A stretch of DNA of 64,000 nt from Phyllobates terribilis. Lineage: Eukaryota. Where the stretch lies: assembly GCF_046119375.1 (NCBI RefSeq), contig NW_027362771.1, positions 183,582,001-183,646,000 of the forward strand. Direction: 5' to 3'. Of the stretch, positions 59,885 to 64,000 are shown in pieces (the stretch's first letter is position 1; each line of letters opens with the position of its first letter). The notes below the pieces were generated by a model. That model was not told the DNA's origin. It worked only from the letters and a program-made list of their open reading frames with translations, and did no database searches. The translations under genes were made by a program, and so were the position numbers.

Positions 59885-62800
59885 TGACGCGCCCCTGAGC
59901 CTACTTGGTGTAGCGTTGCGCACGCGGGAACTACCCGGAGCCGGGCCTGTTGGGGGTAGTAGTCTCATGGCGGTGACCCGGTCCGTGCCCAGGGAGTCAA
60001 ACTGTGTGGCTGAGTATTAGCAGTAGATGTTGGACGACTACGCCACCCGTTGAATGCAGCTATGGAGCTGCCGCTGCAGGGCAGACCGCTGAGGCCGGTA
60101 GTACGATTGTGCAGCGTAGATGGTATAACCCCCAACGGGAGGGGTATGGCCTCAGGGCAGCCGACGTGGATGATGGGGGTAGCAGGAACCACTCAGAGAC
60201 GATGCGGTGTAGTTCAGGGTCTTTACTGGTGATAAAGATAGACCCTCCCGGAGTACTGGCTAGCGATCGGGGCCTGGTCAGTCTTTGAGCAGATGGGATT
60301 TCCCCTGGCCAGGCGGAGTTGTAGGCCTCCCCAACTAATTGTACTCTTCTGGCTACCTTGCTAGAGGCGGGTAAAAGTAGCCCACGTCCCTGAGTGTACC
60401 GTGTGGTGCTCACCCGTATGGCCGGTGACTCGGGGCCTTCTAGTGGCTTCCGCTCCACGACGGCGGTGCTGGTCCCACGCGTGTGACCGTGCCTTCGGGT
60501 TTCTTGGCCAGAGGACCTGAAATCCCCTGCCGGTCGGTTTCTGCTGCTGGGTAAGGATTAGTCCCCACAGCCTCGGACTCCGGGTCCGGTGGTAACTCTT
60601 CAATCAGGGCGAGCTCTACAGCTGCCAGCCCCTGATTCCTTTTAGCACGACTTCCCCAGAGCTCCTGATCTCTCTTTCCTATAGCTGCTTCTCCTCTTCT
60701 CTCTCTACTCTTTTTCCTCTAACCCTGCCTCAGCCCCAGCTTTATATAGGGGAAGTTCTTCCCCTCCCAGGACTGGGCAGGAGGTGTGGCATGCATAGGA
60801 TGTCTGACCAGGAAACCTCCCACCTGCTCTCAGACATAATATTGCTATTACTGTGGAAACCAGACCCCTGGGGTGCCACATTCCCCCCTAGTGAATTTTA
60901 GTACTCCGGGACTAAACATATTTTTGTAACATAACAAATTACAAACAGAAACAACGCAATAAAGAAAAACATTAGGATGGTCACGGCGTGTCCGCAACCG
61001 GGTGCAGTCTTTGAAGAAAACTAAGGTGTCCATTTCACCAAAAACAGGGAGACGTAACCAGGTAGGGGTCTGTCCTGCCCCGAGTCCTTAACAGTCTTTA
61101 GTCCGTCCTGGGTTACGCTCCAACTATATGCACAAAGGATTCCCGGTAAATCCACCAAAGACTCCTACAAATAACTAGAAACACATAATTATACACAAGC
61201 AACAATAAACAGGTAAACATTAATAAAATAGCTTGAACATTTAGATCCTCCACCGTATGGGCAACTGGCCTCTAGTAACCCTAGTGGACCTACGGAGCTG
61301 GCTGACTGGTCCTGAGCTACAGGGTATAGGAGCTGTCAATGGTAAACTGGGCAGCCGTCTACGGACTCTTTGGCTCACTAGAGGTATGGCAGGCTCACTA
61401 TAAGCAGAGGGTTGATTCTCCTGGTCTGCTTGTGTGGGGTCTTCTGCCTCCTGGACCGGCTGTTCTTCCAGCTCTACCTGTGTCTCCGTAGGCACTTGGG
61501 ATGCTGGTTGGAGGAACGTGAGGACGGGTACCACAACAGCACCATTGACTTGAGTCCAAGACCGAGGGAAGTCTCCGAGCACAGTACTAACCATATCTTC
61601 CCTTTCCTCTACGGGTCGAGGGTCTTCTTGTTCCTCTTCAGGGTTCCGTAGCTGTTCGGGACACTTCTTCAGGTGATCCCGGGATACAATGGCTGTGGTT
61701 TCCCCTCCGTCTTTACTGATTGTACAGATCTTTGGGTTGTCGTGGCTTGAGGGCAGTACGGTGTACGGGTCCTTCTCCCACTGGTCGTCCAACTTGTGGA
61801 GCCGTCTTTTCCTCTTCAAGACCTGCTCTCAGGGCACCAGGGGAACAGCGGGAGCATACTGGTTGTAAGTTTTCTCTTGTCTTTCCCTAGCTTGACAGAG
61901 ACTTCGCTCCACGCTCTCCTGTACTTTCCGGTACTGCTGCTGCCTCTCTGTGTCCCAGTCTGCTTCTGGTGAAGTGTCCTCGGGTGTCAGGACTCCCATC
62001 TCCAGATCAACAGGAAGCTTACCAGGTCTCGCCCTCATTAGGTAAGCCGGGGTGCAGTTGGTGGAACCCACAGGGATGTGGTTGTATAGGTCCACCAGGT
62101 CGGGCAGCTTTTCAGGCCACAGACTACGTTCTTCCAGGGGCAATGTTTTCAGAAGATCTATCACCACCTGGTTCATTTTCTCACAAAGTCCATTAGTTTG
62201 CGGGTGATAGGGTGTTGTTCTTATCTTCCGGCAGCCATACAGGGTGCAGAACTCCTGGAAGACTTCCGCTTCAAAGGCAGGCCCCTGGTCCGTCAGCACC
62301 TGCTCCGGGTATCCGTGCGGACGGCAGAAGTGCTGCTGGAAGGCTCTAGCTGCTGTTTGAGCCGTTAAGTCCTTGACGGGGACGACTACCAAGAACCGGG
62401 AGTAGTGATCCACGATGGTTAACGCGTACACGTAGCCACTTCTGCTTTTGGCCAGTTTTACATGATCCAAGGCTACCAGTTCCAACGGCTGTCTGGTGAT
62501 GATGGACTGCAGGGGAGTCTTCTGGCTGGCACGGTCCCTCCTTCTTAGGTTGCATGGGCCACAGTCTCTGCACCACCTCTCGATGGTTCCTCTCATGCCT
62601 ACCCAATGGAACTGCCCACGCAGCAGGAACTCCAGCTTCTTCCATCCGAAGTGCCCAGCTCCGTCGTGGTATGCCTCCATCACCATAGCTGCGTCTCTTC
62701 TTGGCACCACTACTTGCCAGATTAGTTCATGCGTCCGGGAGTTAACCATTCTGCGGCACAACTTCCCCTTGTAAAGGAACAGTCGACTCTTCTCAGCCCA

Positions 62801-64000
62801 CAGTTGCTTGGCTTCCTCCGGAGCGTCTGGGTCAAGGCGTGCATCTGGCTGAGTCAGCATCTCCTTTACCAGTCGGACAGCAGGGTCACTGTCTTGCGTC
62901 TCCGCCCAGTTGTAATGAGGTAATGGGTTGAACGTAGAGGATTGCTTACTCCTTACACGGTGGGAATACTGGATAGTCTCATGACGGTGGAACGCGGGGA
63001 GTTCAACTTCTTCCAGTTCCTCTGAATCTTCCCCTACGTCCGGTAGGTTCGGCATCCTGGACAGGGCGTCCGCGTTGGTATTGGAGCGTCCTGCCCGGTA
63101 TTTGATTGTAAACTCATAGTTGGACAAGCGGGCCATCCATCTCTGCTCTAGGGCACCGAGTCTTGCAGTGTCCAGGTGTGTCAACGGGTTGTTATCCGTG
63201 TACACGGTGAACCGGGAAGCAGCGAGGTAGTGCTTAAAATGTTTGGTGACTGCCCACACCACTGCCAGGAACTCTAGCTTAAATGAGCTGTAATTCTCAG
63301 GGTTTCTTTCGGTGGGTCGCAGTTTTCGGCTGGCGTAAGCAATTACCCGTTCCTTCCCCTGCTGGATCTGGGACAGTACGGCTCCTAGCCCGATGTTACT
63401 GGCGTCGGTGTAGAGGATAAAGGGCTGGCTATAATCAGGGTACGCCAGGATTTCATCCCCTGTGAGGGCCATCTTCAGCTGGCGGAAGGACTCTTCTTCC
63501 AGCTTCTCCCATCTGAAGGGTGGCTTCTGGTTCTTGGCCTTCCTGGACTGGCCTATCAGGAGGTCCTGCATAGGAGCTGCCTTTTTGGTGAAACCGGGAA
63601 TGAACCTTCGGTAGTAGCCTACCAACCCGAGGAACTGCCTCACTTCCTTTACGCTGGAGGGGCTTGGCCATTCCTTAATTGCGGTGATCTTATCAGGGTC
63701 GGGAGCCACTCCGTCAGCACTCACCACGTGTCCCAGGTACTGCACCTTTGGCTTCAGGAGGTGACACTTGGAGGGTTTCACCTTTAGGCCGTAACTTGCC
63801 AGAGCTTCGAACACTTCCGCCAGGTGTTTCAGGTGGTCCTCGTAGGTCTTGGAATAGACGATGACATCGTCCAGGTATAACAGGACCGTCTCAAAGTTTC
63901 GGTGTCCCAGACAGCATTCCATCAATCGCTGGAAGGTTCCTGGTGCGTTGCAGAGTCCGAACGGCATGCAGGTAAACTCGCTAAGTCCCATCGGGGTGGT
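59885..64000 (-). mobile_element. 3' part of a non-chromovirus Ty3/Gypsy element; the 5' part is outside the window
   Basis: 3' LTR 59885-60880 (TGTGGCACCCC...GCGTCA on minus), PPT AGGGGGGAA at 60881-60889, and pol upstream. Confidence 0.92.
61241..64000 (-). pseudogene. Gypsy pol (RT, RNase H, integrase) with one in-frame stop at 61829-61831
   Basis: MPFGLCNAPGTFQR, YLDDV, YTDASNIG, HDGAGH..C..C, ALDHV, TDQG and EKMN motifs. The sequence reads ...VPLVP*EQVLKRKRR, so ORFs 61829-63991 and 61241-61819 are one frame. Confidence 0.92.

Overview
Eukaryotic, almost entirely transposon-derived window. An anuran (frog/toad) genome is inferred from the element repertoire: T2/Kolobok MITEs, TTAA piggyBac-like elements, TAGAGATGAGC-ended hAT elements and Tc1s. 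Bases 1-17193 are a nested stack. An outer hAT carries a 10.9-kb hAT (8-bp TSD CTTGTTAT) with a near-intact BED-finger transposase; that element holds an 18S rRNA fragment, an L1 RT relic split by a solo LTR, and a Tc1. Further right are a non-autonomous Helitron inside a piggyBac-like element, several Tc1/mariner relics, a Penelope RT relic, a young chromodomain Gypsy element (37972-43395) and the 3' part of a second Gypsy element (59885-64000). The most unusual object is a young LTR element at 49463-54593. It has 4-bp TSDs, a tRNA-Ser PBS and a PPT, but no pol and no recognisable gag. Its single intact 577-aa ORF ends in a Y-box-like cold-shock domain. No host gene was recognised; only weak candidate exons are noted. 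All calls come from reading the sequence and from remembered family motifs; no database search was run.
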